Source of the DNA: a virus
Length of the DNA stretch: 64,000 nt
IMG/VR virus record: IMGVR_UViG_3300027749_000058
Coordinates: 32,001-96,000 of that record
Direction: 5' to 3' (one strand)
The notes beneath the pieces were generated by a model that was not told the DNA's origin, searched no databases, and saw only the letters and a program-made list of their open reading frames with translations. The translations under genes and the position numbers were made by a program. This document shows positions 9,553 through 19,879 of the stretch, piece after piece (position 1 is the first letter of the stretch; each line of letters begins with the position of its first letter).

Positions 9553-10749
9553 ATGAGAGGATATTTTGGATTAGGTCAATTATCACCATCAGAAAAATCT
9601 GATATTTTAGACCAACACAAACATGTTTATAACGGATATAAATCAATGTTACCACAAGTTTCAAATACACAACCATTATATGTGCAAGATTATGCCAATG
9701 ATAAAAATGGAATTACTGTGAACAATAAAGGTGAAGTTAAACATTATACAAACTTTGGAATTAATGAACAGGTTTCTAAAGAATCTATGTGTGAATGTGG
9801 TGGAATGATGTATGAAGGCGTTTGTAATGAATGTGGATCAAGTTATATGGAAGAAGGGACAAATGAAGGTAGTGGTGAATCTGAAATGTGTGAATGTGGT
9901 GGAATGATGCATGAAGGTGTTTGTAATGAATGTGGTTCAGGTTATATGGAAGAAGAAACTGGTCATTTAGATGACATTTATAATGTAGAAGATTTTGATC
10001 CAAAAGCAGGGTTTGATTATATTGAAGGTTCATCAAATGATGTAGATACTTTTGAAAAAAAGCATAAAAAGTTATCTAAAAATGGTGAAATGGAAGAACA
10101 AGGTGGTAATGCTGCAGATATGGATGTTGATGATGTTGATTCAGCATTTGATTTCGAATCAGAAGGACCAGGTATGGGAGATTCTTACCCTGTAACTGAA
10201 GAAGGAAATATGGATGACCCTGAAATTACTTACGATACTATGGAATCTGCTTGGATGGATGAAGAATTAGATGAAGTTGATATATCAGGATCTCAAGGAA
10301 TATATGCGGATATGGAACCAGCATATGATTTTGATAGTGGTGGAGCAGGACCAGCAGGACCTTATCAAAGAAGAAATGAACATGAATTTAGACCAAATGT
10401 TGATTTAGGAAAATCTTTTGAAAAATTGAAAGATAAAAAAAGTGATAAACATGGTATAGAATCATTCTTTAAGAATAAATTAAAAAGTTCCACAGATGAG
10501 GAGTTTTCACCTAATGAACATGAATCTGGATACGAAGGTGAAGATGAAGATGCATATTGGGAAAAAGATTTGGCACCAGATGAGCTTGATTTAGATTTAG
10601 ATAAATTTAATCCTAAAGACAAATCTTGGGAAGAAATTAAATCTCATACCGGAGATTGGGATGAAATTGATGAAGATTTACAAGAATCATTTATACATCA
10701 AAAAAATAAAATCATGGAAATGATGAATAGAATGAAAGTTATAAAATAA
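9553..10749 (+). CDS. acidic late protein with two CxCGGxxxxGxCxxCG repeats
   Basis: MCECGGMMYEGVCNECG occurs twice; TATTTATA at 9532; very D/E-rich. Confidence 0.75.
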   Translation: MRGYFGLGQLSPSEKSDILDQHKHVYNGYKSMLPQVSNTQPLYVQDYANDKNGITVNNKGEVKHYTNFGINEQVSKESMCECGGMMYEGVCNECGSSYMEEGTNEGSGESEMCECGGMMHEGVCNECGSGYMEEETGHLDDIYNVEDFDPKAGFDYIEGSSNDVDTFEKKHKKLSKNGEMEEQGGNAADMDVDDVDSAFDFESEGPGMGDSYPVTEEGNMDDPEITYDTMESAWMDEELDEVDISGSQGIYADMEPAYDFDSGGAGPAGPYQRRNEHEFRPNVDLGKSFEKLKDKKSDKHGIESFFKNKLKSSTDEEFSPNEHESGYEGEDEDAYWEKDLAPDELDLDLDKFNPKDKSWEEIKSHTGDWDEIDEDLQESFIHQKNKIMEMMNRMKVIK

Positions 10750-10809
10750 AATAGAAATTTTTATAACTTTTGATTTCTTTTAAAGTATTTTTTTATAAAT
10801 TATTTCATT

Positions 10810-11112
10810 ATGGAAATTAAAGAAATTGTTAGTTATTTTTTAAACAGTGATTCAAACATTTTAGAAGTATCATTCAGAACTATTAATGATGAAGAAGATG
10901 TTTTAAGAACTGATAATATTGATTATTCTGTTGTTTCGGAATATGGTTTTGAGTTAGAGACAGAGTCCTTTAATTTTTTTAGTGAAGACTTTGAGGAAGA
11001 TTTAGTTCTTGAAGAAGATAAGATAGAGTTAGATGAAGACGAACTCATATCTTTTCTTAACGAATATTATACAATCAATCAAGAATCTTTACCAAAATCA
11101 GAATTTTATTAA
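10810..11112 (+). CDS. acidic hypothetical protein
   Basis: 100-aa ORF. Confidence 0.7.
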   Translation: MEIKEIVSYFLNSDSNILEVSFRTINDEEDVLRTDNIDYSVVSEYGFELETESFNFFSEDFEEDLVLEEDKIELDEDELISFLNEYYTINQESLPKSEFY

Positions 11113-11660
11113 GGACCAGTACGAGTTAGACTGAATATGATTTTATATTCAGGACCATTTTTTCCGTATGGTGCAAAATCAAACCCTGATAACTGAAGAC
11201 TTTCAGGTAAATCACTATCAATATGTAGTGTTATTCTTCTATATGACTTTTCATTAATTGGAATATAATCAAACTGAATTTTACCCAAGTCATAAGCATT
11301 GTAACTATAAGGAACTCTATTATAGAATATTTCATTTGGAGATTCTCCATATTGCCATATATCTCGTAATGATCCTGTAGTTGTTCTCATTATCCAATTC
11401 ATTCTGATTGATGCGTAATCAAAATGTATATAAAAATCATTAACTTTTATGTAATTAAATGGGTTTGGTAGCATTGAATCCCGAAAAATTGCATTGGATA
11501 GATAGGTACTATCTATCACAACAGCATGTGATGTTGTTATAATTGTCATTTTACTTACAACATATTTTCCACTTAAAGTTAAATCGCTAACATTTGTGGT
11601 ATATTTCTCACATGAAATGAAAAAGAAAGTAATTATTAAAAAAGATATAAGTTTATTCAT
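11109..11660 (-). CDS. lipoprotein
   Basis: Signal peptide with lipobox FISC; TACCTTTG promoter 4 nt upstream. Confidence 0.75.
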   Translation of the reverse strand: MNKLISFLIITFFFISCEKYTTNVSDLTLSGKYVVSKMTIITTSHAVVIDSTYLSNAIFRDSMLPNPFNYIKVNDFYIHFDYASIRMNWIMRTTTGSLRDIWQYGESPNEIFYNRVPYSYNAYDLGKIQFDYIPINEKSYRRITLHIDSDLPESLQLSGFDFAPYGKNGPEYKIIFSLTRTGP

Positions 11661-11706
11661 ATCGCAAAGGTATGAGTTTTTGGTGAAATAAAAAATATTT
11701 ATTCAT

Positions 11707-12027
11707 ATGACTTTAGATGTAGATTTTTTAATTAATTTTTTAAAAAAATATACCGACAATAAAAATGGAGGTGAAATTAGAGAACAAGATTCTCCTGCAG
11801 CTGCTCCGGCACCTGAACCATCATCAGGGGGAAGTACTGCAGGATCATCTCCCTCAGGTAAGACACCTAAAAAGTGGTCAACAGGACTTACTAGAGGAAA
11901 GGCAAATCCAGTAGGTAACACAAAATGGGAAAGTGGAAGAACCTTAGGAAAAACATATATGAATGACCCTCATTACCAATGGACTTCAGGAAGACAAATG
12001 GGAAAAACAGGTGGATCCGATTACTAA
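11707..12027 (+). CDS. late protein with three W-x-(S/T)-G-x3-GK repeats
   Basis: WSTGLTRGK, WESGRTLGK, WTSGRQMGK; TATTTAT upstream. Confidence 0.7.
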   Translation: MTLDVDFLINFLKKYTDNKNGGEIREQDSPAAAPAPEPSSGGSTAGSSPSGKTPKKWSTGLTRGKANPVGNTKWESGRTLGKTYMNDPHYQWTSGRQMGKTGGSDY

Positions 12028-12055
12028 AACCGATATATTTATAAAATAAACCATT

Positions 12056-13294
12056 ATGCAAGATTTGAGTTTTTACGTTTCAAAAAATGGAAGATATATG
12101 ATGATGGAAAGTTCTATCTATGATAGAGTTCACAATCAATATGCCGACATTAATAACTTAAGTTTTTCTGATCTAATTAATATTATTGGAGAAAATGTTG
12201 GGTTTATGACTCAAAATTTAAAATCTGACTTACGAGAACTCTCATCTTTTACAAGAAAAACCGCATATAACGTTTTTGAATCTTTTGAAGCCGATAAGAA
12301 ATTATCATTAATGATGGAATATGAAGTTAAATTTGGAACATCATTATTGAAAGAATCAATCTCAAATCCAAATCAAATTATAAAAGAAACATGGAATTGG
12401 ATTAAAGAAAAAACACAACTTTTAGAACAAACTTATAATCCATTTAATAAAGATTTTTATTCAGGTTCAAATTGGAAAAAAGCTGGAGAAAATGTTGTAA
12501 ATGATGTTACAAGTACCGCTAAAAGTGTCGGTAATGCAGCATTACATCCTGTAGATACTGTGAATCAAGGAATTGATTGGGTTAAAAAAAATGGTATTGG
12601 TGGAGTAATGGAAAAAATTAGAGATGGACTTTATAGTGGTACAGGAACTGCAATTCAAATATTTTTACAGTTTACAGGAGTAGGTAATGTTGCAATTGGA
12701 ATTGTATGGGGATCAATGTTAGTTTATGATCTTTATAAAGTTTTTTCCGGAAAAGATTGGAGTTGGTTAAATATTTTATTTGACACTTTAGGTGTAATTT
12801 CAGGTGGAGCAGTTAAAGCACTTAAAGGTGCTATGTCAGGACTCAAAATTGCTGAAGGAGGTGGAACTGCTGGTATGAAAGCGGGAATCACCAAATTAGC
12901 AGAATCACCAGAAACAAAAGGATTTATGTCAATGATTTTGAATGGAATTTCAAAAGTTTGGGAGGGAATAAAAAGTGCCGGTACTTGGTTATCAGAAAAA
13001 TTAGGATTAAAATGGGCATCGGATTTATTGGGTAAAGCTGAAACATTTTTATCTGAAAATATTTTAAAACCTATTGGAAATGGACTTGGATTAAAAAGTG
13101 TTGGAAGTAAAATGGTAGGTGGAGCAACAGCTGGTGAAGCTACTCGTCAGTCATTAATTGGTACGACAAAAAGTAAAATAATAAATAAAGGAATAAATAA
13201 AGGAATTGATTTAGCTAGTGGAGATGCGACATCTGTTGCATCACAGGATATGTCAGCATCAATTGCCGATGAGTTTGCAAATTATGCATTTTAA
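12056..13294 (+). CDS. late protein with hydrophobic Gly-rich helices (putative virion or ejection protein)
   Basis: 412 aa; TATTTATA at 12036; hydrophobic segments around residues 200-255. Confidence 0.6.
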   Translation: MQDLSFYVSKNGRYMMMESSIYDRVHNQYADINNLSFSDLINIIGENVGFMTQNLKSDLRELSSFTRKTAYNVFESFEADKKLSLMMEYEVKFGTSLLKESISNPNQIIKETWNWIKEKTQLLEQTYNPFNKDFYSGSNWKKAGENVVNDVTSTAKSVGNAALHPVDTVNQGIDWVKKNGIGGVMEKIRDGLYSGTGTAIQIFLQFTGVGNVAIGIVWGSMLVYDLYKVFSGKDWSWLNILFDTLGVISGGAVKALKGAMSGLKIAEGGGTAGMKAGITKLAESPETKGFMSMILNGISKVWEGIKSAGTWLSEKLGLKWASDLLGKAETFLSENILKPIGNGLGLKSVGSKMVGGATAGEATRQSLIGTTKSKIINKGINKGIDLASGDATSVASQDMSASIADEFANYAF

Positions 13295-13303
13295 TAGAAA
13301 AAT

Positions 13304-14530
13304 ATGAAAATTAATAAAAACAAAACATTAGAGAGAGTCTTACTAATGATGAAATATGACTTAAATAAAACTTTAAGTGAAAATTCAAATGTGGTTAAAA
13401 AAGAATTTTCCGAACAATTAAATGAAGCACCTCCAAGAGTAAAACCAATAGCACCAAAAATGAATATAGGTGCTGCAAAAGTTGCAAGAACTTCATCAAT
13501 TACTAGACTTAAAAATGCCGCACAAAATGGGCCTTTAAGCGCTGTACAAAGATCTCAATTTGGTAAAGATTTATTACAAAAACAAGTTCAGGTATATGCA
13601 AGTACTAAATTACCTAATGGGTCATATCCAACAGTTGCTCAACAAAGAGCATATGCAAAACAATTAGTGTCAAATGGTACTATTACAAATCAAATAAATA
13701 AAATTGCTGGAAAGAATGCGGGAACACCTGGAATTGTAACTACAGGAAACACTTCTAAAAATACAAAAACTCCAACACCAAAAGACGCAGGAATAATAAC
13801 CCAACTTAAACAATCATTTACCGGTGCTAACTGGAAAAAGATTTTTGCATATGCAGTCGGAATTGGAGGACTTAGCGCTGGTGTTTGGTATTTCTTTTTA
13901 AGAGATACTGCCAATGTTAGTCTATGTTTATTAGATAGTTTAACAGATGAAGAAATTTTACAATTAAATGGTAGTACTACAGGTAATATAACAAGAACTA
14001 AAATTGGTAATAAAATTGCCGATCTTAATGGAGGTCTTGTTTTTGGATTAGATAATGGTAAAGTAACCACCGGTAATGGAAAATATAAAGGTACCTATTC
14101 TTGTGATGGAAATAATATTAAAGTTGAAATTGCTGGAGCTGTATTTACAATTGTTGGAGGAAATGGTGGTGGAGGAAATGGTGGTGGAGGAAATGGTAGT
14201 CAAGGACAATATAAACAATGTTCTGAAACATTACCAATCGCTATGTATTGTAAAAACTCAACAGTTAGTAGAGTACAAGGATGCTTAAATATTAAACAAG
14301 ATGGAGCATTTGGACCTTTAACATCTCAAGCATTAGTAAATAAAGGTGTTGATGGACAATCTATTACTCAAGCATCTATTGATAAAGTATGTGGTGGTGG
14401 ATCTAGCGGACAACCCGAACAAGAAAAAGACCCATCAACTGCGTTATCTGATGATTTAAGTAGTCAACCGGCAACAGGAGTATCACAATCTACAACAGTT
14501 GCATCAACACAAGGTGATCAAAATTTATAA
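13304..14530 (+). CDS. putative virion protein with TM segment and C-terminal peptidoglycan-binding-like domain
   Basis: IFAYAVGIGGLSAGVWYFF; GGNGGG linker; VSRVQGCLNIKQDGAFGPLTSQAL resembles PG_binding_1. Confidence 0.6.
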   Translation: MKINKNKTLERVLLMMKYDLNKTLSENSNVVKKEFSEQLNEAPPRVKPIAPKMNIGAAKVARTSSITRLKNAAQNGPLSAVQRSQFGKDLLQKQVQVYASTKLPNGSYPTVAQQRAYAKQLVSNGTITNQINKIAGKNAGTPGIVTTGNTSKNTKTPTPKDAGIITQLKQSFTGANWKKIFAYAVGIGGLSAGVWYFFLRDTANVSLCLLDSLTDEEILQLNGSTTGNITRTKIGNKIADLNGGLVFGLDNGKVTTGNGKYKGTYSCDGNNIKVEIAGAVFTIVGGNGGGGNGGGGNGSQGQYKQCSETLPIAMYCKNSTVSRVQGCLNIKQDGAFGPLTSQALVNKGVDGQSITQASIDKVCGGGSSGQPEQEKDPSTALSDDLSSQPATGVSQSTTVASTQGDQNL

Positions 14531-14539
14531 TATTAAAAT

Positions 14540-15472
14540 ATGTCAAAGAAATTTATAATTAACGAAGAAGAAAAATCAGAAATCTTAAAAAAACATATTG
14601 ATTTTAAAAAGGTCTTACAAGAAAAATTATCTAATTTAAATAGAGGATTGGTAAATGAGCAATTTAATACAGGAGTTACTAATGACCCATTATTAATGGC
14701 CGCTGAAAAAGCTAAATGTATTTCTGGTGGTAAATTCATTACTTGGGAAGGAAAACCTGGTTATTATAAAGTAGCAACCACAGATAGAGATGGGAGATAC
14801 TCAATTGGAGATAAACTTGTAATTTATAATGATTATACTTATGAGGTGTATCCTAAAGATCGTTCAAAAAGAAAACAATTTGTTTGGTCTTGTCCTCAAA
14901 TTAACCAAGATACTGAATTAAAAAAAGCTGAAGAACAACAAGGATTAACAACAAAACAAAAACAATTTAGTGACGGATTGGTTGCTCAAGGATATGTTAT
15001 TGATCCATCGCCATGGGATATCACATCTAAAAGACTTAAAAAAGCTGAAATAGAACAAATTCCAGGACTTGCAGATTTATTTCCAAATGGTTTAAATGTT
15101 TATTTTGACCCAACAAAAATAAAGGGAAGTAATATTACAGGATATAAAGACAGATCAGCATCAATGACACCTGACGTAAACTCTTGTAAAGATTTTGTTC
15201 AAACATATTTTAACGATTATAAAGGTGGCGGTGAAGGTAATCCACAAGATACCGAATTTGCTGACTTGAAAAATAAAGTTCAAGCTTGTGCAAATAAATG
15301 GTATCCTAAATGGTCAGGATTATCAGGTGGTGTTTTAGGAATCGGATCAGGTCAAAATCATTTGGATGATATGATAGACGTTTTAACAGGAGTTAAAACA
15401 AATTATGAAGGAGTTGGAATTCCATCAAGAACAACAGGTTGGGGATTAACACCTCCAAGAACAAAAAGATAA
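14540..15472 (+). CDS. putative virion internal protein
   Basis: N-terminus MSKKFIINEEEKSEILKKH, similar to other late proteins. Confidence 0.6.
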   Translation: MSKKFIINEEEKSEILKKHIDFKKVLQEKLSNLNRGLVNEQFNTGVTNDPLLMAAEKAKCISGGKFITWEGKPGYYKVATTDRDGRYSIGDKLVIYNDYTYEVYPKDRSKRKQFVWSCPQINQDTELKKAEEQQGLTTKQKQFSDGLVAQGYVIDPSPWDITSKRLKKAEIEQIPGLADLFPNGLNVYFDPTKIKGSNITGYKDRSASMTPDVNSCKDFVQTYFNDYKGGGEGNPQDTEFADLKNKVQACANKWYPKWSGLSGGVLGIGSGQNHLDDMIDVLTGVKTNYEGVGIPSRTTGWGLTPPRTKR

Positions 15473-15480
15473 GAATTACT

Positions 15481-16233
15481 ATGAAATTAGATAAAGAAAT
15501 TAAAAAGAAACTTTTAGAAACAAAAGAACAAAAAAATAAGTTAATTATTGAGCAAGAAATTGTTCGTAGTAGACTTATGATGATATTTGAAAGTGAAGAT
15601 AATCTTAAAAATTGGGATAATTTATCTGATAAAAAAAGGTTTAAAATTAGTTGTAAGTTTTTACAAGAAGTATCCTTTCAACAACAAAATGGAGTCATTA
15701 GTGAACAATTTTTAGATACTATTAAATCTATTTTTGGGTCAAGTGTTGGAGGTGGATTTGGTCAAGCAATATTAGAACCGGCTGTTAGCTGGATTTTATC
15801 AGGATTAGGTATGGAAAGTAATTCATTCATTAAAAAGTTCGTAGTATCTTTTTTAACACAACAAGAAGGGTTTTGGAATTATTTGAAAGATTGTAAAACA
15901 TTAACAAAAGGTATTGCAGAATCTATTGCCAAGGCAACACTTATGCAAGTTCAACAAAGTACAGGTACTGGTGGATTTTGGATGGATGCGGTAAGAAATA
16001 CTTTATATAATTATTTAACACCAAAACCTGGTGATGATAGTGGATTTGTTGGAGGTATTGAAAAAGAAATTGAAGATAAGGTTTGTGGATATTGGAATAA
16101 AGCAACAGGAAATGCAAAAAATGTTTTAACTAAACTAAATGGTGAAAAACAAGCACAAAGTACAGAAACAAACACACAAACAACTCCACCACCACCTGCA
16201 GGAACAACTGCAGTATTTCCAACAGGTAAATAA
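15481..16233 (+). CDS. putative virion internal protein
   Basis: ATG at 15481 within ORF 15439..16233. Confidence 0.6.
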   Translation: MKLDKEIKKKLLETKEQKNKLIIEQEIVRSRLMMIFESEDNLKNWDNLSDKKRFKISCKFLQEVSFQQQNGVISEQFLDTIKSIFGSSVGGGFGQAILEPAVSWILSGLGMESNSFIKKFVVSFLTQQEGFWNYLKDCKTLTKGIAESIAKATLMQVQQSTGTGGFWMDAVRNTLYNYLTPKPGDDSGFVGGIEKEIEDKVCGYWNKATGNAKNVLTKLNGEKQAQSTETNTQTTPPPPAGTTAVFPTGK

Positions 16234-16312
16234 TATTGATTCTTAGTGAATCATATTTATAAATGAGGACTAAAACAAAAAAGGGGGTGTTCTAAATCTA
16301 AAAAAAGAAGGG

Positions 16313-16993
16313 TTATTTACCCTTCTTTTTTGTTTTAACAATCTCATCAATAATTCCATATTCTACAGCCTCTTCAGCACTTAACCAAAAATCACGAGCA
16401 GCATCTTCCGTAACTTGTTCTGCGGATTTACCACAAAAACCACCTAATAACTCAAATAAAATTTTATTTGTCTTTTCCCATTCAACAAAATTAATTCTTG
16501 CATCTTGAATGTTACCTCCAGCACCACCTGAAGTTTGATGTAACATAGTCTTAGAGAATTTTAAAGAACTACGTTTACCTTTGGTACCTGCTCCAAGTAA
16601 TACAGAACCCATTGATGCGGCCATACCTGTATTTACAGTTCTAATGTCACAAGAGATGTAGTTCATTACATCTACCATAGATAGTCCTGATTTAACACTC
16701 CCACCTGGAGAGTCAATATGCATTGTGATATCAGTTTTATCTGAAGAATCTAAATACATTAATTGAGCTTGAACAACGGTAGACATTCTATCATCAACTC
16801 CGCCTGCGACCCATAGTAATCGGTCTCTCATTAATCTTGAGAAAATATCCATCTGAGTTACTCTCATTTCTCTTTCTTCCAAGATATAAGGAGTCATTGA
16901 TGATTCAATATGGTTTCCAATATTGTGTAAGTCTAATGAATTCTTCCCCAAATGTTTTACGTAATAATTTTGAAAATCTTGTCCTACTGTCAT
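16313..16993 (-). CDS. clpP: ATP-dependent Clp protease proteolytic subunit
   Basis: DIFSRL, AQLMYL, IDSPGGSV, GMAASMG (Ser), MLHQ (His), RDFWL (Asp), EYGIID. Confidence 0.97.
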   Translation of the reverse strand: MTVGQDFQNYYVKHLGKNSLDLHNIGNHIESSMTPYILEEREMRVTQMDIFSRLMRDRLLWVAGGVDDRMSTVVQAQLMYLDSSDKTDITMHIDSPGGSVKSGLSMVDVMNYISCDIRTVNTGMAASMGSVLLGAGTKGKRSSLKFSKTMLHQTSGGAGGNIQDARINFVEWEKTNKILFELLGGFCGKSAEQVTEDAARDFWLSAEEAVEYGIIDEIVKTKKKGK

Positions 16994-17039
16994 AATTTAT
17001 ATTTTTTACAAAAGTAATATTTTTTTTTTATAAAAAAAA

Positions 17040-17330
17040 TTATTCTGTAATTTCTTTATTAGATTCTGGTTCTGTTGCTTTCATATTAACTCCTGTTCCT
17101 TCGGGAATGTCTTCTTCACACATATAAATGTGAACTTGTTCATTATTTTTAAAAACAATTACTTTTTTAACATTTTCTCCTAAATTAACATCTCCTGTAA
17201 TATCAACGACAATTCCTTCATCATCTTTTAATATTAACCCTAAAGCTCTTGCAAAGATTAATGATGAGTTTAATAAATCTTGTGGATTTTGTCCTTGTCC
17301 GGCTTGATTTGGGTTTGTATAATTATCCAT
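17040..17330 (-). CDS. hypothetical protein
   Basis: 96-aa ORF. Confidence 0.7.
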   Translation of the reverse strand: MDNYTNPNQAGQGQNPQDLLNSSLIFARALGLILKDDEGIVVDITGDVNLGENVKKVIVFKNNEQVHIYMCEEDIPEGTGVNMKATEPESNKEITE

Positions 17331-17366
17331 AATTATTTTTTGTATTTTAAAGTTAATATTTTGTTT

Positions 17367-17855
17367 TTAATAAACAAATGATTTTTGATATTCATTCCAA
17401 ACTTTTTGTAATCCATCTGTTTCATTTATTAATGATGGTATAAAGGGCTTATGTTTCATTACCAATTTGGCTTCTTCAGGAGTTTTACTTCCTTTTTTGA
17501 GATTACATTTAAAACATGATGTAACCAAGTTTGTCCATTCATTTCCCCCACCTTTAGATTTAGGGATTACGTGGTCTAATGTTAGTTCTTTTTTTGACCC
17601 ACAATAAACGCATTCGTGTCCATCTCTTTTATAAATTCTTGATCTATTGGCCCTTAAATTTTTGGCTTGATGTTTAATATATTTTAATAATCTAATAATT
17701 AGTGGGCGCAAAAATGTTTTATATCCGCTAACAATAGGGTTATCATCTGATTTAATTAATTCAGCCCTACCTTTATCAACCAATACAAAACCCCGCCTAA
17801 TAGTTGTTATATTAAGAGGGGTGTAGTCATAATTTAATACTAAAACACCGCTCAT
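17367..17855 (-). CDS. HNH endonuclease (McrA-like)
   Basis: RDGHECVYCG...TLDHVIPKSKGG...WTNLVTSCFKCNLKKG. Confidence 0.92.
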   Translation of the reverse strand: MSGVLVLNYDYTPLNITTIRRGFVLVDKGRAELIKSDDNPIVSGYKTFLRPLIIRLLKYIKHQAKNLRANRSRIYKRDGHECVYCGSKKELTLDHVIPKSKGGGNEWTNLVTSCFKCNLKKGSKTPEEAKLVMKHKPFIPSLINETDGLQKVWNEYQKSFVY

Positions 17856-17938
17856 TACAATAATTTTTTACAATAATAGTTTATTTTATGATAAAAACAA
17901 AAAAGGGGTCAAAGACCCCTAATTAATATACTACAGAT

Positions 17939-18037
17939 TTAGTAATAGTTTATGGTTTGAGGTTTTTTAATTCTCAATACATCCGAGTTCTCATACTTAA
18001 TAATCTCCAAAAGACTTTCTCTATTTCTGTTTATCAT
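17939..18037 (-). CDS. small 32-aa ORF not in the track (MINRNRESLLEIIKYENSDVLRIKKPQTINYY)
   Basis: Preceded by TATTTAT, followed by the hairpin AGGGGTC-AAA-GACCCCT. Confidence 0.4.
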   Translation of the reverse strand: MINRNRESLLEIIKYENSDVLRIKKPQTINYY

Positions 18038-18105
18038 AATAATAAATATCTAAAAAAATTTTGTGAAATCAATTATTATATTATCTTTGTAAAAATTATT
18101 GAGAT

Positions 18106-18405
18106 ATGATTCATTTACCAACAGCAACAACTATGGGAACAAGTTTCCATGATACAACATTTAAATCAACTCCGAATCAATTAATTGAGGTATTAGGAGA
18201 AATCACCTATAAAGGTAGTAGTGACGAAAAAAGCACTATGGAATGGGTTAGAGAATTGGATAGTGCGGATGTTTTCACCGTATATGATTGGAAGTATTAT
18301 AGAGAACTTGAAATGGATGAAGAAATCCTATGGCACATTGGAGGAAAAAATAAATACATAACCGAACAGGCAAAAAAAGAAATTCTTAACCTTTTAAATA
18401 AATAA
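18106..18405 (+). CDS. hypothetical phage protein
   Basis: FTVYDWK...WHIGG; host-type promoter TATCTTTG near 18082. Confidence 0.7.
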   Translation: MIHLPTATTMGTSFHDTTFKSTPNQLIEVLGEITYKGSSDEKSTMEWVRELDSADVFTVYDWKYYRELEMDEEILWHIGGKNKYITEQAKKEILNLLNK

Positions 18406-18408
18406 AAT

Positions 18409-18687
18409 ATGCCAGATTTTTATGTTGATACTATTACAGTAGATGCTTACGAGTATGTAACGAGTTGTACCAAGAGTGAAATTAAAGAATTAATTTCGGA
18501 ATTAGTTGATGGTGATTACCTTCCATCATCAGTATTAAAATTAAATAAGGAAGGTAAGGTAGACGATGGACTTGGAAGATTACAATCTGATTTTGTAGAA
18601 AAATTAGATAAATTATCTAAAGTTTATTATTCTTTATCTAAAGAGGATGAAGAATTTTTGCAAACAATTTTTAACAAATACATATAA
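18409..18687 (+). CDS. hypothetical protein
   Basis: 92-aa ORF. Confidence 0.7.
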   Translation: MPDFYVDTITVDAYEYVTSCTKSEIKELISELVDGDYLPSSVLKLNKEGKVDDGLGRLQSDFVEKLDKLSKVYYSLSKEDEEFLQTIFNKYI

Positions 18688-18696
18688 ATAAAAACT

Positions 18697-19443
18697 ATGA
18701 AAATCAAACAAATTTTCCTTGCGGTAGCTATCACCTTATTAGCAATTTCTTGTACTAAACAGGATATCCCGGTACCACAACAAGATAATGTACTTCAAAC
18801 TAACTCAGTTGCTGCAACATCAAGTGTAACAACTGAAACAAATAATAAGGCATATATTTTTGTTGAACCAAATTCAAAATTCCAAACGGTTAAGACTTAT
18901 TTATCAAGTTTACCGAAAACACCTTTATACCCAATTAATTTTACAGGATTTTTTGGGGTTAATGCCAATGCTTGGAAATATACATATCAAAACTATGTAG
19001 ATATGCCTTATTGGAATAACGGAACACTTCCATCGATTATTGAATCCAATATCCCACAAACATCTGGTGGTGTTGATTCATACGGTAATGCTAAATTGGC
19101 TTATTGTTTTGAGACAATTAAAATACCAAAAAATACCACAGTTGGAATGGCTTGGATTACAATTTTAGTCCCTGTTTCAGCAATGAACAACGATATTAAA
19201 AGACTAAGGACGGTATATTCATATGAAAAAAATGCCACAACAGGAGTTCTTATAACAAATGGTAGTATTAAAGGTTGGACATATACTATGGATAATATCA
19301 TCTTTAGTTATGTAATTAACTATCAAGGAAATAGACTTCCTAAAGGTCTTTACAGACTTTATAGTACATACCCAGATACAGGTTTAAAGGCTAACTTGAA
19401 TGATAAAAATGACTATTACTTAAAAGGTAATAGTATTGAATAG
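18697..19443 (+). CDS. lipoprotein
   Basis: MKIKQIFLAVAITLLAISC lipobox. Confidence 0.8.
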   Translation: MKIKQIFLAVAITLLAISCTKQDIPVPQQDNVLQTNSVAATSSVTTETNNKAYIFVEPNSKFQTVKTYLSSLPKTPLYPINFTGFFGVNANAWKYTYQNYVDMPYWNNGTLPSIIESNIPQTSGGVDSYGNAKLAYCFETIKIPKNTTVGMAWITILVPVSAMNNDIKRLRTVYSYEKNATTGVLITNGSIKGWTYTMDNIIFSYVINYQGNRLPKGLYRLYSTYPDTGLKANLNDKNDYYLKGNSIE

Positions 19444-19561
19444 ACCAAATCCTAAATGGGACTCAAAAAAGTTTGAATTTTGAATATAATTTCTTATCTT
19501 TGATAAAAGTGGATAAAATGTGTAGTAGCCACAGGGAAGGTACCTCCCACTACACTCTTAA

Positions 19562-19634
19562 GCCTCCTTAGCTCAACTGGTAGAGCAATAGTTTTGTAAA
19601 TTATAGGTTGTTGGTTCGATTCCGACAGGAGGCT
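19562..19634 (+). tRNA. tRNA-Thr(UGU)
   Basis: GCCTCCT/AGGAGGC acceptor, ATAGT-TTTGTAA-ATTAT anticodon arm, GTTCGATTC. Confidence 0.93.
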
Positions 19635-19649
19635 CAAAAATTATTTATT

Positions 19650-19877
19650 ATGTTTTGGATTATTTATTTATTGTGTGCGGTTTATTGTTTTATTAAATTG
19701 CAAAAAAGTTACAAAAAAAGGTCTTTGGATGGTGTTATTGGTGTTTCTCCTGGTTTGGACGCCATAATGATAATTATATTATCTCCTGTGTTAGCAATTA
19801 TTGATGTTAGTTTAACTTGGATTAGGTTATATAAAGAAGCTGAACAATCAAGAATAGACCAAGAAAAAATATTATAA
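19650..19877 (+). CDS. small membrane protein
   Basis: Start moved to the ATG after the tRNA; two hydrophobic helices. Confidence 0.65.
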   Translation: MFWIIYLLCAVYCFIKLQKSYKKRSLDGVIGVSPGLDAIMIIILSPVLAIIDVSLTWIRLYKEAEQSRIDQEKIL

Positions 19878-19879
19878 CT

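Noticed and set aside
17367-17855. HNH gene as part of an intron or mobile element
   Set aside because: It is free-standing, interrupts no gene and has no flanking intron structure or repeats.
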